Source: a virus. Taken from it: a DNA stretch of 38,747 bases. Positions 26,329 to 33,191 of this stretch are shown here, piece by piece; position 1 is the first letter of the stretch, and each line of letters opens with the position of its first letter. A model generated the notes under the pieces. That model ran no database searches, was not told the DNA's origin, and worked only from the letters and a program-made list of their open reading frames with translations. The stretch lies in the IMG/VR virus record IMGVR_UViG_3300000929_000001; one strand, 5' to 3'. The position numbers were made by a program, and so were the translations under genes.

Positions 26329-26340
26329 AGGTGATCACCT
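26329..26340. promoter_or_regulatory. 12-bp perfect palindrome AGGTGATCACCT
   Basis: Read directly from the sequence. It lies in the intergenic region upstream of the first RHH gene. Confidence 0.5.
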
Positions 26341-26360
26341 TATTGAAAATAATTGTTGCG

Positions 26361-26375
26361 TGGTGTCTGACACCA
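26361..26375. promoter_or_regulatory. 15-bp palindrome TGGTGTC-T-GACACCA (putative operator)
   Basis: Perfect inverted repeat 16 nt upstream of the RHH start codon. It lies between a TTGCGT (-35-like, 26356-26361) and a TAACTT (-10-like, 26379-26384). Confidence 0.5.
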
Positions 26376-26390
26376 TCCTAACTTATCTCC

Positions 26391-26570
26391 ATGCCTGATA
26401 AACGAGCAGCAAATAAGATCCGTGTGACGGTTCCTATGGAGGATACTCTTCTTGCTCGGATACAAAAATTCGCACAAGAAAATGGAATCGACCGGGTCGC
26501 TGCCATGAAGCTCATGTGCGATTCCTATCTCCAAGAAAAAACAAAAAAATCTAAGCCAAAAAAACAATGA
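26391..26570 (+). CDS. Ribbon-helix-helix (CopG/Arc-like) DNA-binding protein
   Basis: 59 aa. KIRVTVPMEDTLLARIQKFAQENGIDRVAAMKLMCDSYL fits a beta-strand, helix, helix pattern. Below the track cutoff. It replaces the implausible minus ORF 26340..26588. Confidence 0.55.
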   Translation: MPDKRAANKIRVTVPMEDTLLARIQKFAQENGIDRVAAMKLMCDSYLQEKTKKSKPKKQ

Positions 26571-26749
26571 CCAAGATAACGATCCCAATCGACAAAGACA
26601 TGAAGGCGCAGCTTCAAGCTATTGCCAAAGCAGAACGACGAAGTCTTGCTTTTGTAATGAGGGAGGCTGCAACTATTTTTTTAGACAGGGTGTCTGACAC
26701 CCCTTATCAAAATAAGGTGAAACCCGCAACCAAAAGAAAGGCGGCATGA
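26567..26749 (+). CDS. Ribbon-helix-helix (CopG-like) DNA-binding protein
   Basis: 60 aa. KITIPIDKDMKAQLQAIAKAERRSLAFVMREAATIFL is the canonical RHH pattern. ATGA overlap with the upstream RHH gene. Confidence 0.6.
   Translation: MTKITIPIDKDMKAQLQAIAKAERRSLAFVMREAATIFLDRVSDTPYQNKVKPATKRKAA
26688..26702. promoter_or_regulatory. Second copy of the palindrome, GGGTGTC-T-GACACCC
   Basis: It has the same 13-nt core GGTGTCTGACACC as 26361-26375. It lies inside the 3' end of the second RHH gene, about 45 nt before the xis start. Confidence 0.45.
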
Positions 26750-26946
26750 GCGACGAAATTACAACCGATCAGGCGGCGACCCTTTTGGGCGTCAGCAAAA
26801 AGACGATTTACAGGCTTCTCGATGCCGGAACTATTGAGGCCAGCAAACCTTTTGGCAACCGAGTCGGTCACCGCATCTCGCGGGCCGTCCTTGAGAACTG
26901 GTATCGCCGCCGCAAAATCTCGACCACGAACAGGAGGGCGAAATGA
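26746..26946 (+). CDS. xis: Excisionase-family helix-turn-helix protein
   Basis: 66 aa. TTDQAATLLGVSKKTIYRLLDAGTIEASKPFGNRVGHRISRAVLENW matches the excisionase/AlpA-type HTH pattern. It sits in the integrase module. Confidence 0.65.
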   Translation: MSDEITTDQAATLLGVSKKTIYRLLDAGTIEASKPFGNRVGHRISRAVLENWYRRRKISTTNRRAK

Positions 26947-27053
26947 GCGACCCCGCCTACGTCTGCCGATCCATCGGCTACTTCCTCGATTTCCTTTTTT
27001 CCGTGGGACCGGCGCTCGCATTGGTCGCGGTCGCGTGGAGGGTCTCGAAATGA
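26943..27053 (+). CDS. Very small hydrophobic protein (36 aa), tentative
   Basis: MSDPAYVCRSIGYFLDFLFSVGPALALVAVAWRVSK. ATGA overlap with the xis stop and GC3-rich. Confidence 0.3.
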   Translation: MSDPAYVCRSIGYFLDFLFSVGPALALVAVAWRVSK

Positions 27054-27056
27054 CAA

Positions 27057-27314
27057 TTATTGGGACGGTTCCAAGGTCACTTGATACACCCATGGATGTT
27101 CAGCGCTTAATGGTGGCTGTAGCCACTTGGGGTCCAGAGGAAGGCGATGTGAGGGGATTTCTCCATCGTGCGTGTCTTGCCACTCCAGCACAAGCCAGAA
27201 GCAGTCTTCGTCGTATTGCAGCGGGGATCGACACATTTGAGTCTGCCCTTTGTGGGCCAGCGTGTGGAAGCACTCGTAAAGGGCATCTGGGTCGAACCAA
27301 TCGGGCAGGATCAT
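27057..27314 (-). CDS. Hypothetical protein, the only convincing minus-strand gene
   Basis: 85 aa. Its codons are strongly G/C-ending (ATC CTG CCC GAT TGG TTC GAC ...), like the other genes. The overlapping + strand ORF (26822..27358) is A/T-ending and R/A/G/S-rich. Confidence 0.5.
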   Translation of the reverse strand: MILPDWFDPDALYECFHTLAHKGQTQMCRSPLQYDEDCFWLVLEWQDTHDGEIPSHRLPLDPKWLQPPLSAEHPWVYQVTLEPSQ

Positions 27315-27354
27315 TGGGCAATGCTAACGAAGGAAGCACAGGAGGGAAGTCGAA

Positions 27355-27507
27355 ATGAGCGCCACGTTTGGCCTCGCTCTCGCGGTCCTCACGCTCGGTT
27401 CGTGCTACGCCAGCTACCGCTTAGGACAGGCAGACATTCTCGCGAGGTATCGCCGCCATGCAGAGCGCAAGCGCCGGTGGCGTGAATTTGAAGATTTCGA
27501 GGATTAA
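27355..27507 (+). CDS. Small membrane-anchored or lipoprotein-like protein (50 aa)
   Basis: GGAGGG lies 9 nt upstream. MSATFGLALAVLTLGSC... (lipobox-like LGSC) followed by a charged tail. GC3-rich. Confidence 0.45.
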   Translation: MSATFGLALAVLTLGSCYASYRLGQADILARYRRHAERKRRWREFEDFED

Positions 27508-27562
27508 CACCCTCACCACAAGAAAACGACCCCGAAAGGGGCAAACCACAAGAAAACAAAAC

Positions 27563-27799
27563 ATGAAACTAGCAACATGCAACTGCGCCGAAGTGAAAGA
27601 TGAAAACGGCAACAAATTGCCAGAAGTAGTCGGTCACAATTGTGACTACATCCGCGAAAGAAACAAACACCTCACTGAGGCTTCCAGCTTCGCTCAAATC
27701 GAACTCGATAAGACGGCACTGGAGACGCCAACCGAGAGGTCAGCATTCTTCAATAAAACATTCTCGGCAAAAATGACCGAGCTTTGTGCAGGCATCTAA
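27563..27799 (+). CDS. Hypothetical early protein (78 aa)
   Basis: Internal ATG of track ORF 27458..27799, preceded by an A/C-rich leader that is repeated before the next gene. Confidence 0.45.
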   Translation: MKLATCNCAEVKDENGNKLPEVVGHNCDYIRERNKHLTEASSFAQIELDKTALETPTERSAFFNKTFSAKMTELCAGI

Positions 27800-27870
27800 T
27801 GAAAACGACCCCGAAGGACGGCAATCCAACGGGGTCAAGTCAAAACCACAAGAAAAGCAGTAATAACAAA

Positions 27871-28692
27871 ATGAGTAATACACAACTGACACAACAAGTC
27901 AACACACAAGTCGCACTTGGCGACATGCAGGTGATGGCCAACGCCATCGTGAAATCGGGTCTCTTCGGAATGAAGACAGCGGACCAAGCATTGGCGCTGA
28001 TGATCGTGGCGACTGCCGAGGGGCGTCATCCGGGATCGGTGGCCTCTGATTATCATATCATTCAAGGCAGAGCGAGCCTCAAGTCCGACTCGATGCTGGC
28101 GCGTTTCCAGCAATCGGGCGGGCGTGTCGAGTGGCACGACCACACAAACGAGAAAGTCTCCGCGACCTTCAGCCACCCTGCGGGCGGATCGCTCCGCATC
28201 GACTGGGACATGGCACGGGCCAAGGCGGCTGGGCTGGGCGGTAAGGACAACTGGCGCTCGTATCCACGGCAGATGCTGCGGGCGCGGGTGATCTCGGAGG
28301 GGGTCCGTGCGACATTCCCTGCGGTACTCAACGGGATGTATACGCCGGAGGAGGTTGGCGAGTTTGATGCGCCTAGAACAGCGCCACGCTCGGTGAAGGC
28401 CGAGCCGGTGGTGGTAGAGCAGGTCATCGAAGCGCCGGTGGTAGTCGAGCCTGTTGCAGTTCCTGCGACACCTGTCATTGAGGCCGATGTGGTATCAATT
28501 GATACCTCATGGGCAGACGAGTTGGAGAAGCGCATTTTTGAGCATGAGCCGAAGGTGAATGCGTTTCTGCTGGCCAAGGGTCAGATCGCCGAGGGGCAGA
28601 CCTTCCGCGACATCGCGGATGAGGGCTACCGCAACCGGGTGCTGTCGAACACGCCACGTTTCCTCGATGCCGTTTTGAAGGAGGTCGCATAA
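27871..28692 (+). CDS. recT: RecT/Red-beta-family single-strand annealing protein
   Basis: ADQALALMIVATAEGRHPGSVASDYHIIQGR and NWRSYPRQMLRARVISEGVRATFP parallel Red-beta DAQFIALLIVANQYGLNP...IY and WQSHPKRMLRHKAMIQCARLAFG. The start is set at 27871 because 27800-27870 repeats the leader of the preceding gene. Confidence 0.6.
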   Translation: MSNTQLTQQVNTQVALGDMQVMANAIVKSGLFGMKTADQALALMIVATAEGRHPGSVASDYHIIQGRASLKSDSMLARFQQSGGRVEWHDHTNEKVSATFSHPAGGSLRIDWDMARAKAAGLGGKDNWRSYPRQMLRARVISEGVRATFPAVLNGMYTPEEVGEFDAPRTAPRSVKAEPVVVEQVIEAPVVVEPVAVPATPVIEADVVSIDTSWADELEKRIFEHEPKVNAFLLAKGQIAEGQTFRDIADEGYRNRVLSNTPRFLDAVLKEVA

Positions 28693-29714
28693 TGAGCGCG
28701 ACGATTCGACACTCCGCTCTGGACAAGCTCGATCTCTGTCCTTGCTTTGAAAGTAACCCCGTCTCTGGCCCTGCGGCAGAGCGTGGGACTCGTATGGACT
28801 TGGCCTTCCGTGGTCTTCTCATGGGCGAGCGCCAGCCATTCTTGGCGCTATCGGATGAGGAGCAGGACTCGGTGATGTGGGCGGTACAGACGGCCAAGGA
28901 CGTTGCATGTTACCATGAGATCATCTCAGATGAGGCGCTTCTCAAGGTGGTCACACCGCACCTCTCCCATGTTGGGACTGAGGATGCGCGGGTGGAGGCG
29001 CTTTGCTTGAGCCTGGACCTAAAGTCGGGCCAGCCACGCTCGTATCATAAGCAGCAGGCGGCATACGCCCTTGGCAACATGGCTCGCACGTTCACCGACA
29101 CTTGGGAGTGCGTGTTGCTGTTTTGTGACCAGCAGGAGGTTGTCCACTACCGCTACACCTACGAGGAGGCCGAGCAATGGGTGAAGGGGATCGTGGATTC
29201 TGCGAACGATCCAAACAAGCAACCCTGCGCGAATGAGTACTGCGCGTGGTGTGTGAAGAAAGACCGATGCCAACAGGTCGTCGAGCCGGTCGTGCAGACT
29301 CTGGCGGCAGTGGAGTCGGAGGTCTCATTGGCCGAGGTACGGCAGAACGTCCTCGCCGATCCAACTCGATTGGCGAAGGTGATGAAGGCGGCATCAATCT
29401 TTGAGAAGGAGTTTCTCAAGCCACTCAAGGATGCGGCAAAGCAACTCCTGCTCGATGGCGGGTCGCTACCCGGATGGAAGCTACAGCACCAGACCGGCAG
29501 CGAGTACTTCGACCGCATCGCAATCGTGTCTGCTGCGGTTGCCGGGAAGAGCGGACTCGATGACCTTGTGACCGCGATGGGCGGTGACATGGGCGGCAAG
29601 GCGTACCGCGAGTGGCATGAGAAGATGCGCTTGCCAGTGCAGGAACAACATGCCCAACGCAAGGGCGACATCGTAAAGCTCGTTGAGGACAAGAAAGCGA
29701 GGGCGCTGAAATGA
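28692..29714 (+). CDS. PD-(D/E)xK exonuclease with Cas4-like Cys cluster
   Basis: 340 aa. N-terminal CPC, LSLDLKSGQPRSYHKQQAAYALG (D-x-K...Q..Y), and a C-terminal CANEYCAWCVKKDRC. It is adjacent to the annealase. Confidence 0.55.
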   Translation: MSATIRHSALDKLDLCPCFESNPVSGPAAERGTRMDLAFRGLLMGERQPFLALSDEEQDSVMWAVQTAKDVACYHEIISDEALLKVVTPHLSHVGTEDARVEALCLSLDLKSGQPRSYHKQQAAYALGNMARTFTDTWECVLLFCDQQEVVHYRYTYEEAEQWVKGIVDSANDPNKQPCANEYCAWCVKKDRCQQVVEPVVQTLAAVESEVSLAEVRQNVLADPTRLAKVMKAASIFEKEFLKPLKDAAKQLLLDGGSLPGWKLQHQTGSEYFDRIAIVSAAVAGKSGLDDLVTAMGGDMGGKAYREWHEKMRLPVQEQHAQRKGDIVKLVEDKKARALK

Positions 29715-30007
29715 GATCACTCTGGCCAGAAGAGAAGGAGTTGCGGGGTCGCGATGGGCAGGCGTGGGTTGAGGCATTCTCATTCGTCCCAGATCACGTT
29801 CAGTCTGCTGCTAGGCGGATCGTGTGGTGGGATTTCGTGTCGCTCCACACAATGGAATTTGCGATGAAGCGAGGATTCGGGGTCTTCAATCGCGCCGTCA
29901 AAGAGTACGGCGGCAGCGCCCCGACCAACGAGGAAATCGTGGATGCTCTGGTGGCGGTAGGCTACTCGCCAGAACGTGCGCTTAAAAGAGTGGGAGGCGT
30001 AATATGA
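29711..30007 (+). CDS. Hypothetical protein
   Basis: 98-aa ORF with ATGA overlap and coding-like composition. Confidence 0.45.
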   Translation: MRSLWPEEKELRGRDGQAWVEAFSFVPDHVQSAARRIVWWDFVSLHTMEFAMKRGFGVFNRAVKEYGGSAPTNEEIVDALVAVGYSPERALKRVGGVI

Positions 30008-30231
30008 CCCAGCCAGAACTAGAATTCGGTCACTCCAGACCTACGCAGGCGAACCAGATACTGGGCTACCTGCGCGGCGGTCACCGGGTGACGGCGATTG
30101 ATGCGCTGAATCTCTTCGGTTGCTTCCGACTGGCGGCTCGCGTCTGCGAGTTGCGTAAGGCGGGATGGCCGATAACCGAGAAGAAAGTTGTGACACCTAC
30201 GGGCAAGCGGGTCGCGGAGTATTCATTATGA
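30004..30231 (+). CDS. Small winged-helix / HTH DNA-binding protein
   Basis: 75 aa. VTAIDALNLFGCFRLAARVCELRKAGWPI is typical of short phage HTH proteins. Confidence 0.5.
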   Translation: MTQPELEFGHSRPTQANQILGYLRGGHRVTAIDALNLFGCFRLAARVCELRKAGWPITEKKVVTPTGKRVAEYSL

Positions 30232-30875
30232 AACGACCTGCATTTCAATTCTACCCTGCTGACTTTTTAGTCGGTACGGCGATGATGAGCGCAGAGGAGG
30301 TCGGATGTTACATTCGCCTGCTTTGCTATCAATGGGACAGCAATGGATTGCCAAATGACGATGCTCAACTGGCTCGCCTTGGAGGATGCCATGGCAATGC
30401 CGTGGCATTGATCCGGCATAAGTTTGGTATGTGCCAAGACGGTTTATTGCGAAACGCGAGACTTGAGGAGGTTAGGCAGGAGCAGGAGCAGTATCGTGAA
30501 AAACAACGCGAAAACGCTAAAAAGCGATGGGTTGGCAATGCCACGGCAATGCCACCGCATGATTCTGGCATCAAGGCGGCATCGAATTGGCATATGCCAA
30601 ACGCATGCTCTTCTTCTTCACCTTCACCTTCTAATACTTCTACTAAAGTAGAAGTAGGCGCTCCGAAAAAATCCTATCTTCTCGATGAGGAGTTCTGGTC
30701 TGAAATGAAGCGGCACTACCCGAACATCGATGTCGAGGCCGAGTCTCGCAAGATGGATGCGTGGCTTCTCGCCCGCCCCGGACGCAAGAAGACCCGGCAG
30801 TTTGTCATCAACTGGCTCAACAAGGTGGAACCGGCATTGGCCCCAGCCAAGGTCGAGGAGGTAGAGCAATGGTAA
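30228..30875 (+). CDS. DUF1376 (YdaU-like) replication organiser protein
   Basis: KRPAFQFYPADFLVGTAMMSAEEVGCYIRLLCYQWDSNGLP is the characteristic DUF1376 N-terminus. Start at the internal ATG (ATGA overlap) of track ORF 30165..30875. Confidence 0.6.
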   Translation: MKRPAFQFYPADFLVGTAMMSAEEVGCYIRLLCYQWDSNGLPNDDAQLARLGGCHGNAVALIRHKFGMCQDGLLRNARLEEVRQEQEQYREKQRENAKKRWVGNATAMPPHDSGIKAASNWHMPNACSSSSPSPSNTSTKVEVGAPKKSYLLDEEFWSEMKRHYPNIDVEAESRKMDAWLLARPGRKKTRQFVINWLNKVEPALAPAKVEEVEQW

Positions 30876-31570
30876 TGACCTACCAACCCTGTGCGAGCGA
30901 GGAATGTTTCGAGTCGGTCCCGCTACCCGACGAGAACGTATCGAGATACTTCCCCAACCTCCGGGTGCTTTGCGAGGATTGCCTCGCTCGGCATTCCGAG
31001 AAGCTCCGCGAGGAGCAGGCCGCAGCGGAGCAGGAGAGGCGGCAGGAGGCGTTCAACTCCCTCTGTCCACCACTCTACCGCCAAAGCGACCTCGGACGAA
31101 TCCCAAGCACCTTCCTGCGCGAATGCGAGGCATGGCAGTATAATCCAGTTGGAATGGGACTCATCGGCCCTGCGGGCTGCGGTAAGACACGGGCGGCATG
31201 GATACTGCTCAAGCGACTGCATTTCAGCGGGCTTCGCGTCTTCGGGATAACCTCAACGGCATTCGCTAAAGCCTGCGCCGACCAGTGGCATGACGACAAC
31301 CAATCCAAGGCGCTGGCCGAGGACACGCTCGCCCGCTGCCGCCGCACCAAAGTGCTGCTCCTCGATGACCTCGGTAAGCAGAAGATGACCGAGCGGTCGG
31401 AGCTAGAACTCTTCGACCTCCTTGAACACCGATCCTCCCACGAACTGCCCATCATTTGGACGGCGAACGCTGCCAAGGGTGACCTCAGAAAAATGCTCTC
31501 GTCCGACAGGGGCGAGCCGATCCTCCGGCGGTTATCGGAGTTTACAAACATCATCAACGCAGAAAAATGA
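30869..31570 (+). CDS. DnaC/IstB-like AAA+ ATPase (helicase loader)
   Basis: Walker A GPAGCGKT and Walker B VLLLDDLG. It follows the replication organiser. The start is 30869 or 30875. Confidence 0.65.
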   Translation: MVMTYQPCASEECFESVPLPDENVSRYFPNLRVLCEDCLARHSEKLREEQAAAEQERRQEAFNSLCPPLYRQSDLGRIPSTFLRECEAWQYNPVGMGLIGPAGCGKTRAAWILLKRLHFSGLRVFGITSTAFAKACADQWHDDNQSKALAEDTLARCRRTKVLLLDDLGKQKMTERSELELFDLLEHRSSHELPIIWTANAAKGDLRKMLSSDRGEPILRRLSEFTNIINAEK

Positions 31571-32040
31571 CAACACACGAACTCGCAGACAAACAACAGA
31601 ACCGCTATGTGACCGCCGAAGGCAAGTACATCGCGAAAGTAAAAGCCCCCGGCAACGGATGGCTTGGCAAGACGAAGACCGGCACGGATTTCATCCGTCT
31701 CCCGCTCCTCATTGACGATCCGGCCAGCGACCAGCACGGACGCGAAATCGTCTGGCAAGGATGGCTATCGGAGAAGGCGGCAGCACGGACGGCGAAGGCG
31801 CTCGACGAGGCTTTTGGTCGCGAGTGGGATATCAACTCGCTCTCCTCTGGCAAGTCTCCGTTCCTCAACCAGAGGTGCAAAATCACGGTGGAGGCCGAGG
31901 AATACAACGGCGAGGCCAGGTTCAAGATCAAGTGGATCAACCCGCTGGAAGGTGCTGCGGAAACCCTTGCTCCAGACCGCATCGCCGACCTCAACGAACG
32001 CCTCAAAATCGCCCGCAATGAAGAAGAAATCTCGTTCTAA
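31567..32040 (+). CDS. Hypothetical protein, possibly a DUF669-type ssDNA-binding protein
   Basis: 157 aa in the replication module. The similarity is only a general pattern (YVTAEGKYIAKVKAP...GTDFIRLPLLI). Confidence 0.3.
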   Translation: MTTHELADKQQNRYVTAEGKYIAKVKAPGNGWLGKTKTGTDFIRLPLLIDDPASDQHGREIVWQGWLSEKAAARTAKALDEAFGREWDINSLSSGKSPFLNQRCKITVEAEEYNGEARFKIKWINPLEGAAETLAPDRIADLNERLKIARNEEEISF

Positions 32041-32218
32041 TCGGGAGATCGTCTGCCAAGGGGCCGCAGGGACAGAATCCTGCGGCTCCGACCGCGCTGA
32101 CAGGTGGTGGGCCAAGCTGGAGGGCGACATTGACGCCGCCTGCAAACGCTTTTGGCAAGCCACGCCCGAACGCCGCAAAATCGAGGCCGCTCGTCGCCGC
32201 CAAGAATTTTTATTTTAA
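32018..32218 (+). CDS. Hypothetical small protein (66 aa)
   Basis: Internal ATG of track ORF 31664..32218, GC3-rich from codon 9 onward. Confidence 0.35.
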   Translation: MKKKSRSNREIVCQGAAGTESCGSDRADRWWAKLEGDIDAACKRFWQATPERRKIEAARRRQEFLF

Positions 32219-32221
32219 AAT

Positions 32222-32395
32222 ATGAATACACCAGAAACAGATCATCTTGAAAATGAACTTGGAAGTGCGGCAAAGTTCTCTCATCCGGTTATATGGCGGC
32301 ACGCAAGACAGCTTGAGCGTGAGCGCAACGAAGCTAGGGAGGAAGTGAGGTTACTCAAGGGCATCCTCGATGTGATTAAAAAGGAGGCGCAGTGA
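32222..32395 (+). CDS. Hypothetical small coiled-coil protein (57 aa)
   Basis: MNTPETDHLENELGSAAKFSHPVIWRHARQLERERNEAREEVRLLKGILDVIKKEAQ. Below the track cutoff. It fills the gap exactly, and its stop overlaps the next GTG start. Confidence 0.4.
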   Translation: MNTPETDHLENELGSAAKFSHPVIWRHARQLERERNEAREEVRLLKGILDVIKKEAQ

Positions 32396-32826
32396 ACTGG
32401 ACCCATGATCAACTCGAAAAGCTCGGCTACAGACCCAACCCAGATGGAAGCTACTCTCACTCTACAACTGCCGGGATACACAACCCCAAGCCTCAACCGG
32501 CTACTCGGCCAGCATTGGACCCTCCTCCAAAAGGAGAAAAAACGCGCACGCCTCGCACTGCTGTCATCATTACGAGGCATGCCGTGCGGCTCCTCGATGC
32601 CGATAATTATGCAGGCGGCTGCAAGCCACTTATTGACCAGTTGCGCTACGCCAAACTCATCGAAGACGACGACCCGGAAACCATCGAAATCACGTTCCGC
32701 CAAGCCAAGTGCAAAACGAAAGCGCAAGAAATGACGACCATTGAAATACGCGAAGCTGTGGGGATTATAAAAGGGGGAAGACAAATCTTGTCAAGACAAG
32801 TTTCGACTGATACCGAACGAACATGA
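32392..32826 (+). CDS. RusA-like Holliday-junction resolvase
   Basis: GTG start preceded by AAGGAGG. The motif LLDADNYAGGCKPLIDQLRYAKLIEDDD resembles the RusA D-x-D-N...K...D...DD core. Confidence 0.5.
   Translation: MNWTHDQLEKLGYRPNPDGSYSHSTTAGIHNPKPQPATRPALDPPPKGEKTRTPRTAVIITRHAVRLLDADNYAGGCKPLIDQLRYAKLIEDDDPETIEITFRQAKCKTKAQEMTTIEIREAVGIIKGGRQILSRQVSTDTERT
32800..32813 (+). repeat. Motif copy GTTTCGACTGATAC
   Basis: 9 nt before the terS ATG and within the last codons of the RusA-like ORF. Confidence 0.8.
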
Positions 32827-33191
32827 AGATCAACCCCAAACAAGAAGCGTTCTGCCAAGCCTATGCGAGCGGTCTCTCAATAACTCAAGCCTATATCCGT
32901 GCCGGTTACTCCGAAAATGGAGCAGGACAGGGAGGTGAGCGATTGTTGAAAAATGTTGATATCACTAAGAGAGTGGAAGAACTCCGCGCCAAGGTGGAAT
33001 CGAAGATGACCTACAAGCGAGAGACTTACCTCGAAACACTCCGCGAGCGGTTCATGGAAATGCCACCGGAATCGGCAACCTGCGCGAAATACGGTGAGAT
33101 GCTGGCGAAGGCGATGGGATGGAATGAGCCGGAAAAGCTAGACATCGTCGGTGCGTTGGAAATCAACCTCACCATCGGTGGCCAAAATTAA
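32823..33191 (+). CDS. terS: Terminase small subunit
   Basis: NPKQEAFCQAYASGLSITQAYIRAGYSENGAGQGGERLLKNVDI is the classic Terminase_2-type N-terminus. Confidence 0.8.
   Translation: MKINPKQEAFCQAYASGLSITQAYIRAGYSENGAGQGGERLLKNVDITKRVEELRAKVESKMTYKRETYLETLRERFMEMPPESATCAKYGEMLAKAMGWNEPEKLDIVGALEINLTIGGQN

Noticed and set aside
26340-26588. Minus-strand 82-aa ORF in the track.
   Set aside because: The sequence is implausible (FFWLRFFCFFLEIG...). The + strand here encodes a clean RHH protein (26391..26570) whose stop overlaps the next RHH gene.
26822-27358. 178-aa + strand ORF in the track.
   Set aside because: It overlaps xis in another frame at its 5' end. Across 27057-27314 its codons are A/T-ending and the product is R/A/G/S-rich. 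The minus-strand ORF has the genome-typical GC3 bias.
27784-27870. An N-terminal 29-aa extension of the RecT-like ORF (MCRHLMKTTPKDGNPTG...).
   Set aside because: This stretch duplicates the non-coding leader of the previous gene (GAAAACGACCCCGAA hairpin plus ACCACAAGAAAA) and encodes a low-complexity peptide. The start at 27871 is preferred.
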